A DNA stretch of 64,000 bases, taken from NCBI GenBank assembly GCA_963707915.1, contig OY970178.1:288001-352000 (forward strand), in the 5' to 3' direction. The notes under the pieces were generated by a model. That model did not search any database, had not been told where the DNA came from, and saw nothing but the letters and a program-made list of their open reading frames with translations. Origin of the DNA: Candidatus Eiseniibacteriota bacterium (GTDB lineage Bacteria > Eisenbacteria > RBG-16-71-46). Each line of letters begins with the position of its first letter. The first letter of the stretch is position 1. Positions 8,645-20,982 of this stretch are shown one piece after another. Made by a program: the position numbers and the translations under genes.

Positions 8645-11600
8645 GGGAGGCTCCGGATCGCAGGGTCAGCCCGGTGCAGATAGCGCGGGAAGCGAGCCCT
8701 ATGATTCTAAGGTCGCCAGGTGCACCGGTCAACGGCCGCCCGCCGCGCCCGGGGGCTCCGCCCGGCGCGTCATCCTCGGCCTGGCGCTCCTCGCCGCCGG
8801 GGCCCTGGCCGGGCGGCCGGGCGTCGCCGCCACGCCATCGCCCGCGGACTGGCGCGACCTGGTCATCTACCAGGTCCTCACCGACCGCTTCTCCGACGGG
8901 AACCCGGCCAACGACTTGGTGGAGGGCAGCTACGCCCCGGCCGACGGCTACCGCATCCACGGTGGCGACTTCGCCGGCCTGACGGCGCGGCTCGACTACC
9001 TGTCGAACCTCGGGGTGGACGCCGTGTGGATCTCGCCGGTGGTGCTCAATGCCAACGCCGAGTACCACGGCTACGCGGCGCGCGACTTCTTCTCGATCGC
9101 GCCGCACTTCGGCACGCTCGCCGACCTGCGCCAGTTCATCCAGGCGGCGCACGCGCGCGGCATCCGGGTCATCATCGACATGGTCTGCAACCACATGGGC
9201 ACGCTCATCAACAGTTCGGGCTCGGGCTGGCCCGCCTACAAGTACCCGGCCGGCTACACGCTCAAGTGGGCGAATTCCGGGAAGCGCTTCGCCGGGGTGT
9301 TCGACGATCTGACCAAGTTCCATCCCTACGGCGACATCGGCAACTTCTCGGACCCCGAGCAGATCCTCGGGCAGCTCTCCGGCCTGAACGACCTCAAGAC
9401 GGAGGACCCCGCCGTCCAGCTCGCGCTCTACCAGGCCGCCCGGTTCCTCATCGACAGCACCGATTGCGACGGCTTCCGGGTGGACACCGTCAAGCACGTG
9501 GAGATGTCCTTCTGGAACACCTGGTGCGCGAACGTGCGCCTGTATGCGGCGATCGCCGGGAAGACGCACTTCCTGATGTTCGGGGAGGCCTTCGACGGCG
9601 ACGACGCCAAGGTGGGCTCCTACACCGGCACGATGGCCGGGGGCAACTACAAGTTCGACTCGATGCTCCACTACCCGATGTACTTCACCACCAACGGCGT
9701 GTTCGCCTTCAACGACGCGCCGGCTAATCTCACCAGCCGCTACGCCGCGCTCGCCAACTACGACGTCTCGACCCGCGAGCGGCTCACCACCTTCCTCGAC
9801 AACCACGACAACGCGCGCTTCCTCTCGTTCGGGCTCGCCAACCAGGACGAGAGCCGCCTGCGCGCTGCGCTGGCCTGGCTGCTCACCTCGCGTGGCGTGC
9901 CGATCCTGTATTACGGGACCGAGCAGAACTTCGACGGCGGCGGCGACCCGTGGTGCCGCGAGGACATGTGGGCCGGGCAGTGGAACTACGGTCCGTCGCT
10001 GGGCGACAACTTCGACGAGTCCCACGCACTGTTCCGCCACGTGCGCGAGATCCTGGAGGCCCGCCGGCGCCACGAGGCCCTGCGGCGCGGGGCCACGACC
10101 GAGCTGTACGCCGAGGCCACGGGACCGGGGCTCTACGTCTTCCGCCGCGAGAGCGCGACCGACAGCGTGCTGGTGGCGATCAACACATCCAACGGTCCGC
10201 TGACGCGCGAGGTGGCCACGCCGTGGCCCGCGGGCACGGGGCTGGTGGACGCGCTCGAGCCCGGGCTGACCGCGACGGTGGGCGCGGGCGGTGCGCTCGC
10301 GCTGCCGCTGCCGGCGCGGGGCGCGCGCATCTACGAGTCGGCCTCGGCGCGCGCGGCGGGGCTCGCGGCGGAGGACCGGCTTCACGTGACGGGCGTGGCG
10401 CCGGCCCACGACCGGGCCGTCAACGACCTGTGGTCCCCGTTGATCGTCGCCTTCGACCGCGAGGTGGACGGGGCGGCGTTGGCCGGCGCGTTCAGCGTCA
10501 CGCCCGCGACGGCGGGCACGTGGCAGGCGTCCGGGCGGGAGGCGCGCTTCTACCCGGGCACCCCCTGGAGCGCAGGGCAGACCTACGCCTGGGCGATCGA
10601 CACCACCCTGCGCGCGACCGACGGCGCCCGGCTCCCCGCACGTTTCGAAGCCCGCTTCCGAACGCTCGCCTACTCGACCGGCGTCACCGTGCCGGCGGGC
10701 TACGTCGCCGACCGCATCGCGCGCCAGGACCTCGAGGCGCCCGAGGGGCTGCTGCCCGCTCCCTGGCTCGGGCCCGGCGTGATGCTGCTGGCCGACGCGG
10801 GACGCGACCGGCTCTTCACGCTCACCACCGGCGGCGACCTCGGCCACTACCTCGGCGACTCGCGCTGGAGCAGGCCCGAGGGCCTGGCGCTCGCCGCCGA
10901 CGGCAGCCTCGCGGTGACCGACCCCAACGGGCTCTTCCAGGCCGACGCGCACCGCATGACCACGCTCGCGCTGGGCGGCTCGACCGCCACGGCGGCCGGG
11001 GCCCTGGCCGGCGGACCGGGCGCGTTCCTCGACCGGCTCTACCTCTGCGACCCGGCGAATGACCGCGTGGTGCGCACCACGGCCGGCGGCGCGCTCGAGA
11101 CGTTCGCCACCGGCGTGAAGGGCGGCAAGGGACTGGCGTTCGGCCCCGGCGGTGCCTGGGGCACCGATCTCTACGTCGCCGACTGCGATCTCACCTCGCT
11201 CGGCGCCACCGCCGACGGGCCCGGTCGCATCGCGCGTGTGACGCCCGCGGGCGTGGTCAGCACGGTGGCGCAGAACTCCCTCCTGCTGGGCGCCGGCGCC
11301 ATCGCGATCGACCCGTCCGGGCGGTTCGGCGGCGACCTGTTCGCGGCCGACATCCTGAACGAGCGCATCCTGCGCGTCACCGCCGCGGGCTCGGTGAGCG
11401 TCTTCGCCACCGGCTTCGCGAACCTCGCGGGCTCCGGCTGCCTGGCCTTCGGCGACGACGGCGCGCTCTACGTGGCCGACCCCGGCGCGGGCGAGTCGTT
11501 CTCGAAGCCGGGCGGGACGGTGGCGCAGGGCCAGGTCATCCGCATCGCGCCCGCGGTGCTGACCGTGGACGTCCCGCCGGGGGCGCAGGACGTCGGGCTC

Positions 11601-11870
11601 GAATTCGCGCCGCCGGCGCCCAACCCGGCGAGAGGACCGGTGGCCTTCCGCTTCGCGCTTCCGGCCGCGGGGCGCGTCCGGCTGGCGGTCTTCGACGTCA
11701 CCGGGCGCCAGGTCGCGGTGCCGGCGGATGGCGCGTTCCCCGCCGGGGTGCACACCGTGGTTTGGGGCGGAGGCGCCGGGGCCGCACCGCCCGCGGAACC
11801 GGGGCTCTACTTCGCCCGGATCGAGGCGGGCGGGAGCCGGCTCACCCGCCGGATCGTCGTGATCCCATGA
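8643..11870 (+). CDS. Secreted GH13 alpha-amylase-family protein with Ig-like, beta-propeller-like and C-terminal FlgD-Ig domains (start uncertain)
   Basis: IYQVLTDRF, GGDFAGL, YHGY, DMVCNH, DGFRVDTVKH, FGEAF, FLDNHD (catalytic D/E/D intact). Hydrophobic signal VILGLALLAAGALA. Nearest in-frame ATG is 8643; GTG 8720 is out of frame by one base. Confidence 0.9.
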   Translation: MGGSGSQGQPGADSAGSEPYDSKVARCTGQRPPAAPGGSARRVILGLALLAAGALAGRPGVAATPSPADWRDLVIYQVLTDRFSDGNPANDLVEGSYAPADGYRIHGGDFAGLTARLDYLSNLGVDAVWISPVVLNANAEYHGYAARDFFSIAPHFGTLADLRQFIQAAHARGIRVIIDMVCNHMGTLINSSGSGWPAYKYPAGYTLKWANSGKRFAGVFDDLTKFHPYGDIGNFSDPEQILGQLSGLNDLKTEDPAVQLALYQAARFLIDSTDCDGFRVDTVKHVEMSFWNTWCANVRLYAAIAGKTHFLMFGEAFDGDDAKVGSYTGTMAGGNYKFDSMLHYPMYFTTNGVFAFNDAPANLTSRYAALANYDVSTRERLTTFLDNHDNARFLSFGLANQDESRLRAALAWLLTSRGVPILYYGTEQNFDGGGDPWCREDMWAGQWNYGPSLGDNFDESHALFRHVREILEARRRHEALRRGATTELYAEATGPGLYVFRRESATDSVLVAINTSNGPLTREVATPWPAGTGLVDALEPGLTATVGAGGALALPLPARGARIYESASARAAGLAAEDRLHVTGVAPAHDRAVNDLWSPLIVAFDREVDGAALAGAFSVTPATAGTWQASGREARFYPGTPWSAGQTYAWAIDTTLRATDGARLPARFEARFRTLAYSTGVTVPAGYVADRIARQDLEAPEGLLPAPWLGPGVMLLADAGRDRLFTLTTGGDLGHYLGDSRWSRPEGLALAADGSLAVTDPNGLFQADAHRMTTLALGGSTATAAGALAGGPGAFLDRLYLCDPANDRVVRTTAGGALETFATGVKGGKGLAFGPGGAWGTDLYVADCDLTSLGATADGPGRIARVTPAGVVSTVAQNSLLLGAGAIAIDPSGRFGGDLFAADILNERILRVTAAGSVSVFATGFANLAGSGCLAFGDDGALYVADPGAGESFSKPGGTVAQGQVIRIAPAVLTVDVPPGAQDVGLEFAPPAPNPARGPVAFRFALPAAGRVRLAVFDVTGRQVAVPADGAFPAGVHTVVWGGGAGAAPPAEPGLYFARIEAGGSRLTRRIVVIP
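8704..8732 (-). promoter_or_regulatory. sigma70-type promoter for the GH57-malEFG unit
   Basis: Minus strand TTGACC (8732-8727), 17 bp spacer, TAGAAT (8709-8704), about 60 nt upstream of ATG 8644. Confidence 0.7.
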
Positions 11871-11920
11871 TGCGGCCGCATCAACGCTCCCGGGGGTGAC
11901 GCCGGCCCCGGGGTCGAACG

Positions 11921-11964
11921 GCAGCAGGAGAGCCCCGCCGGCCGCGGCGGGGCTCTCCTGTTGC
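11921..11964. terminator. Bidirectional terminator-like hairpin
   Basis: 20 bp stem gcagcaggagagccccgccg / cggcggggctctcctgttgc with 4 nt loop, between convergent genes. Confidence 0.75.
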
Positions 11965-11972
11965 CCGGGCGG

Positions 11973-12505
11973 CTACCGGGCGACGACGAACCTGGAGACG
12001 AATGTCCGGCCGCCGGTCGCCAGCCTCACGAAATAGAGCCCCGCGGGCACCGCGCGCCCGCTCTCGTCGCGTCCGTCCCAGGTGAGCGCGCTTTCTCCGG
12101 CGGGCTGGGTGCGGGAGAGCAGTCCGCGCACGCGGCACCCCTGCGGGTCGTAGAGCCCCAGGTCGACCGCCGCCGCGCGCGGCAGGCCGAATCTCAGCGT
12201 GGTGAACCCGGGCGCCGGCTTGGGGGCCGGCGCGGCGAGGCAGAGGACTCCCGGCCGCTCCCCATCCACCACCCCCGCGACCACGACCGGGTAGGTCGTG
12301 GCGTAGCCGCCGACATCGCCGTGGACGTCCACGGCGCAGAGCTTGTAGTACAGGAACGCGCCGACCGGGTCGGCGTAGCCGGTGTCGGGCAGGGTCGCGA
12401 TCAGGTTCCCGGCGCCGGGCACGAAGCGATGACGAGGGCGGCAAACATCAGGAAGGTCGGCAACGGTGCCGCGGGCAGGTGCATGGCGTGCCTCGGCTGG
12501 ATCAT
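11973..12505 (-). pseudogene. Remnant of a secreted FlgD-Ig-tailed protein (signal-like start out of frame with C-terminal domain)
   Basis: ATG 12505 gives MIQPRHAMHLPAAPLPTFLMFAALVI then stops at 12401. Another frame from ~12428 gives FVPGAGNLIATLPDTGYAD...YYKLCAVDVHG...WDGRDESGRAVPAGLYFVRL* with no good start. Confidence 0.6.
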
Positions 12506-12631
12506 GAACGGCCGTCCCCGCACCGGTGGGCGAGGGTGACTGGAGGACCGAGGAGTGCAGATCGCAACCCCGTGCGCACGCCCGCGCGCCGGCCGGCCAG
12601 CACGAGGCCGGCTCGCGCCCGTCCCCCCGGG

Positions 12632-17147
<4,516 letters not shown>

Positions 17148-17240
17148 TCATGGTACGTCCAGCGGTGGCCGGTGGATGAATGGTGTGTGGAATGGCGCCT
17201 GGGCCGTACAACATTCGGTGGGTCGGGTCTTGCGGGCGGC

Positions 17241-18128
17241 TCAGGCCCGGTCGGGCCTCCGGGCCAGCAGGCGGGCGGTCACCGGGCCGCCCGCCGGCTC
17301 GGGCTCCTCGTAGCGCACGGTCTCGAGCATCGGAAAGGCGCGCGCCAGCTCGTCGCGGGCGAGCAGGAAATGCGCGCGGATCGGCCGGCCGAATCGCTCC
17401 TGCCCTGCGCGGTACGTCTCGTAGACCAGCCAGCCGCCCGGCGCGAGCGCGCGCTCCATCCACGGGAAGAGCGGGCGATGCAGGAAGCGGAAGCAGATGA
17501 CCAGGTCGAAGAGCCGCCCCGGGGGCGGCAGGTCCGGCCGCTCGATGTCGCGCAGTTCCGTGTGCACCGTCACGCCGTGGCGCTCCGCCAGCTCGCGCGC
17601 GCGCTCGAGCGCCTCGGGGGCATGGTCCCAGCCCTCGACCTCGAAGCCGTGCTGGGCGAGGAACACCGCGTCGCGGCCGGCGCCGCAGGCCAGGTCGAGC
17701 GCGGCAGGCGGGTCGCGCAGGGGAGTGCCGCGGGCCGTTGCGGCCGCCCGTGAGCTCAGGATCCCGGGCAGCACCTCCTCGAGGAACGGCGCGGGGTGCC
17801 ACAGGCGCGCCGCGGGGGCGCGGTCGGCGAGACCACCCGCGACCGCGCCGGGCGGCGCGTCGAGCCAGGACACGGAGGAGTAACCCAGCGCCTCGATCGC
17901 GGCGGCCGCGGCCGCCGCGGCGATCGCGTCCTCCGCCACCACCAGGATGGCCGCGCCGCGCGGGGGCAGCTCGGTGCGTCGCGCGCGCAGTTCGGCGCGC
18001 GGGATGTTCCCGCTTCCCGCGAGGTGCCCGCGGGCGAACGTCTCCGTCTCGCGGGTGTCCAGCAGCACGAACCTCCCCGCGCCGGGCTGAACGGTCCGTG
18101 GATCGACGGGTCCCATCCGGCCATTCAT
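17241..18128 (-). CDS. Rhodanese-like domain fused to class I SAM methyltransferase (TehB-like)
   Basis: LLDTRETETFARGHLAGSGNIP (rhodanese signature); ALDLACGAGRDAVFLA, FDLVICFRFLHR, LAPGGWLVYET. Confidence 0.8.
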   Translation of the reverse strand: MNGRMGPVDPRTVQPGAGRFVLLDTRETETFARGHLAGSGNIPRAELRARRTELPPRGAAILVVAEDAIAAAAAAAAIEALGYSSVSWLDAPPGAVAGGLADRAPAARLWHPAPFLEEVLPGILSSRAAATARGTPLRDPPAALDLACGAGRDAVFLAQHGFEVEGWDHAPEALERARELAERHGVTVHTELRDIERPDLPPPGRLFDLVICFRFLHRPLFPWMERALAPGGWLVYETYRAGQERFGRPIRAHFLLARDELARAFPMLETVRYEEPEPAGGPVTARLLARRPDRA

Positions 18129-18218
18129 CGCACGCCAGGCCGCGGTCCGCAAGGGCGGGCCCGGGCCCCGGCGTTGACCGCCCCGGTGCGCGCGGGGATA
18201 CTGCGCGCGGCCGGGACG

Positions 18219-20135
18219 GTGACCACGACCTTGAAACGATCCAGCCTGCTCCTCCTGTTCCTCCTGATCGCCGGGCCCGCGCACGCCGCCGCCGACCCGG
18301 CCGCCTCGGCGCGCGCCCGCGGCCAGGCCGCGGCGCTCCACCAGCGCTCGCTCGGGTGGCTCGCCCGCAACACCGTGGACACGCGCCGCCAGGCGGTGCG
18401 CGCGCTGGAAGAAGCCACGCTCCTCGATCCCGACAACGCCGAATATCAGCTCGCCCTGGCCCGGGCCTACTACGCGTCGGGCTTCCTGAAGAGCGCGCGG
18501 GAGCGCTTCGAACAGGTGACGCGGCTTCAGCCCAACGAGGCGGGCGGACCCCAGGGGCTGGCCCTGGTCTGGCGGCGGGACTGGCTCAAGTACCTGGACC
18601 GCCGCTCGCTCGCGCGCGCGGTGGAGTTGCTCGCCACCGCGACCCGCCTCGACCCCGGCAACTCCGACGCGTGGCTGACGCTGGCGCCGCTGCTCGTCGA
18701 GCAGGGCGACTTGCCGGGCGCCTCGCGCGCCGCCTTCAGCGCCCTGCGCGCCGATCCGGGCCGGATCGAGGCGCACCTGGCCGTGGCGCACGCGCTGTAT
18801 CGCAGCGGGATGCTCCGCGAGGCCGACAGCGCGTACCGGGCGGTCATCCCGCGCCTGCGCGGGAAGGTGCGGGAGTGCTTCGAGGACATCGGCCCCATCG
18901 CCACCGAGGAGGACACGACCACCCTGCGTCACCTGCCCCGCGCCGACCGCCCCGCGTTCGTCGAGCGTTTCTGGCAGGAGAACGACCCCGACCTCTCGAC
19001 CCCGGAGAACGAGGCGCGTCTCGAGTACTGGGGCCGGGTCACGCAGGCCTACTTCCTCTTCTTCGACGCGCGGCGCGGCGCCTGGGACGAGCGCGGCGAG
19101 GTGTTCGTGCGCTACGGGCCGCCCGCCGAGATGCAGTACGACCCGGTGGGGCAGAGAGCGAGCTGGGCCTTCGGCACCGGGCCGGACTTCCCGGCGAACC
19201 TGATGGTGTGGAGCTACCCGGAGCTGGGCATGACCGTGGTCCTGCAGGACCGGTTGCTCTCCGAGTTCTACCTGTTTCCGCTGTCGCGCTTCTCGGACCC
19301 GGATCCGCGGCCGAATCCCGATTCGCTGGCGAGGTGCGCGGACGCGCTCGGCACGCGCGGCGGGCGCGGCGTGTTCCACCTGCTTCCGCCCGGCACGCGG
19401 CCGCTGCCGGTCGAAGGCGTGGTGGCCCGCTTCGAGGGCGCCGCCGGCCCGCGCGTGCTCGCGCAGTTCGAGGTGCCGGGGGGGGCGGCCGACAGCGTCT
19501 GGGCCGACTGGGCCGTGCTCGACTCCGCGCGGATCGTGCGATCGCGCGGCACGGTGATGCTCGGCCCGTCGGCCTGCGCGGCGGCCTCGCGTCGGGTCGG
19601 CGAGCTGGCCGCCGACCTCGAACCCGGCCCCTACGTCGTCGGCGTGACGGTGCGCGACGCCGCGGACCGGCGCGGGATCCTGCGCGTGCCGGTCCGCGTC
19701 GCGTCCGGCGGGCTCGAGCTCGCGTTGAGCGACGTGGTCATCGCGTGCGGCGCGCCGGCCGCCGGGGAAGGCCCGGTGCGCATCGAGCCCAACCCGGGGG
19801 CGCGCGTCGCCGGGGCGGGGCCGCTCACGGCGTACTTCGAGATCTACCACCTGCGGCCCGGTGACGACGGGCTCGCGCGCTTCGAGTACGTCTATGCCGT
19901 GCGATCCACCCGGCCCGACACGCGTCACTGGATGGCGAAGCTGCTGTCGCCCGCGCCGCCGCCGCCGGTCTCGGTGTCGCGCGAGGAGGTGAACCTGGGC
20001 GCGTTGCGGCGGCAGTTCATCTCCGTGCCGGTGGCCGCGCTGGAGCCCGGCCGCTACCGGCTCGAGATCACCGTGCGCGACCTGGTCGCCGGCACCTCGG
20101 TCACGAAGAAGCTGGGCTTCGTCAAGACGAGGTAG
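18219..20135 (+). CDS. Secreted TPR + GWxTD-domain protein
   Basis: Signal peptide, TPR repeats (LDPDNAEY, LQPNEA, LDPGNSDAW), FWQENDPDLSTPENEARLEYWGRV...DERGEVFVRYGPP, C-terminal Ig-like PGRYRLEITVRD. Confidence 0.8.
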   Translation: MTTTLKRSSLLLLFLLIAGPAHAAADPAASARARGQAAALHQRSLGWLARNTVDTRRQAVRALEEATLLDPDNAEYQLALARAYYASGFLKSARERFEQVTRLQPNEAGGPQGLALVWRRDWLKYLDRRSLARAVELLATATRLDPGNSDAWLTLAPLLVEQGDLPGASRAAFSALRADPGRIEAHLAVAHALYRSGMLREADSAYRAVIPRLRGKVRECFEDIGPIATEEDTTTLRHLPRADRPAFVERFWQENDPDLSTPENEARLEYWGRVTQAYFLFFDARRGAWDERGEVFVRYGPPAEMQYDPVGQRASWAFGTGPDFPANLMVWSYPELGMTVVLQDRLLSEFYLFPLSRFSDPDPRPNPDSLARCADALGTRGGRGVFHLLPPGTRPLPVEGVVARFEGAAGPRVLAQFEVPGGAADSVWADWAVLDSARIVRSRGTVMLGPSACAAASRRVGELAADLEPGPYVVGVTVRDAADRRGILRVPVRVASGGLELALSDVVIACGAPAAGEGPVRIEPNPGARVAGAGPLTAYFEIYHLRPGDDGLARFEYVYAVRSTRPDTRHWMAKLLSPAPPPPVSVSREEVNLGALRRQFISVPVAALEPGRYRLEITVRDLVAGTSVTKKLGFVKTR

Positions 20136-20166
20136 CCGGGGCCGCCGCGGGGCGCGGGCCCGGGCT

Positions 20167-20982
20167 TCAGGCTGGCCCGGCCGCTGCGGCGATGATCGCC
20201 ATCATCTCCCCGTGCAGCGCCGTGTTCGTGGCGAGGACCTGGCGGCCGTCGAGCCGGAACTCGCCGCCGTCGTAGCGGGTCACGCGCCCGCCGGCCTCCC
20301 GCACCAGCAGTGCGCCGGCCGCCATGTCCCAGGGCGAGAGCGACGCTTCCCAGAACCCGTCGAAGCGCCCGCAGGCGAGGTAGCAGAGGTTCAGCGCGGC
20401 CGAGCCGTCGCGGCGGATGGCCTGCGCGCGCACCAGGAACGCCCCGAACAGGGGCAACGAGCGCTCGGGGTTCTCGCGCACGTCGTAGGGGAAACCGGTC
20501 ACCAGCAGCGCGTCGTCGACCCGGGCCACGTCCGACACCCGGATCGCGCGGCCGTTGAGCGTCGCCCCGTGGCCCGCGGCCGCGGCGAACAGTTCGTCGC
20601 GTATCGGATCGTAGACCGCGCCCGCGGCGAGGCGTCCCCCGCTCTCGGCCGCGACGGAGACGCAGAAGAACGGGTAGTTGTGCGTGAAGTTGGTGGTGCC
20701 GTCGAGCGGGTCCACGACCCAGCGCACGGCGCCCGCCGCGTCCGCCGGCCCGCCGGCGTGCGCGCCCGACTCCTCGGCGAGGATGGTGTGGCCCGGGTAG
20801 CGCTTCCGGATGCCGTCGAGCACCAGGCGTTCCGAGCGGCGGTCGTACTCGGTGACCAGGTCGATGCGGCCCTTGTGCTCGGGGACGTGCGCGCGGCCGT
20901 GGCCCTCCCGCAGGATGGCGCCGGCCGCGACGGCCAGTTCCGCCGCGGCGTCGCGCAGCTCGCGCGGATCGGGCGCCCTCAC
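20167..20982 (-). CDS. suhB: Inositol monophosphatase family protein
   Basis: DLVTEYD, ILAEES, WVVDPLDGTTNF, RRDGSAALNL, LSPWDMAAG; GTG overlaps the helicase stop. Confidence 0.92.
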   Translation of the reverse strand: MRAPDPRELRDAAAELAVAAGAILREGHGRAHVPEHKGRIDLVTEYDRRSERLVLDGIRKRYPGHTILAEESGAHAGGPADAAGAVRWVVDPLDGTTNFTHNYPFFCVSVAAESGGRLAAGAVYDPIRDELFAAAAGHGATLNGRAIRVSDVARVDDALLVTGFPYDVRENPERSLPLFGAFLVRAQAIRRDGSAALNLCYLACGRFDGFWEASLSPWDMAAGALLVREAGGRVTRYDGGEFRLDGRQVLATNTALHGEMMAIIAAAAGPA

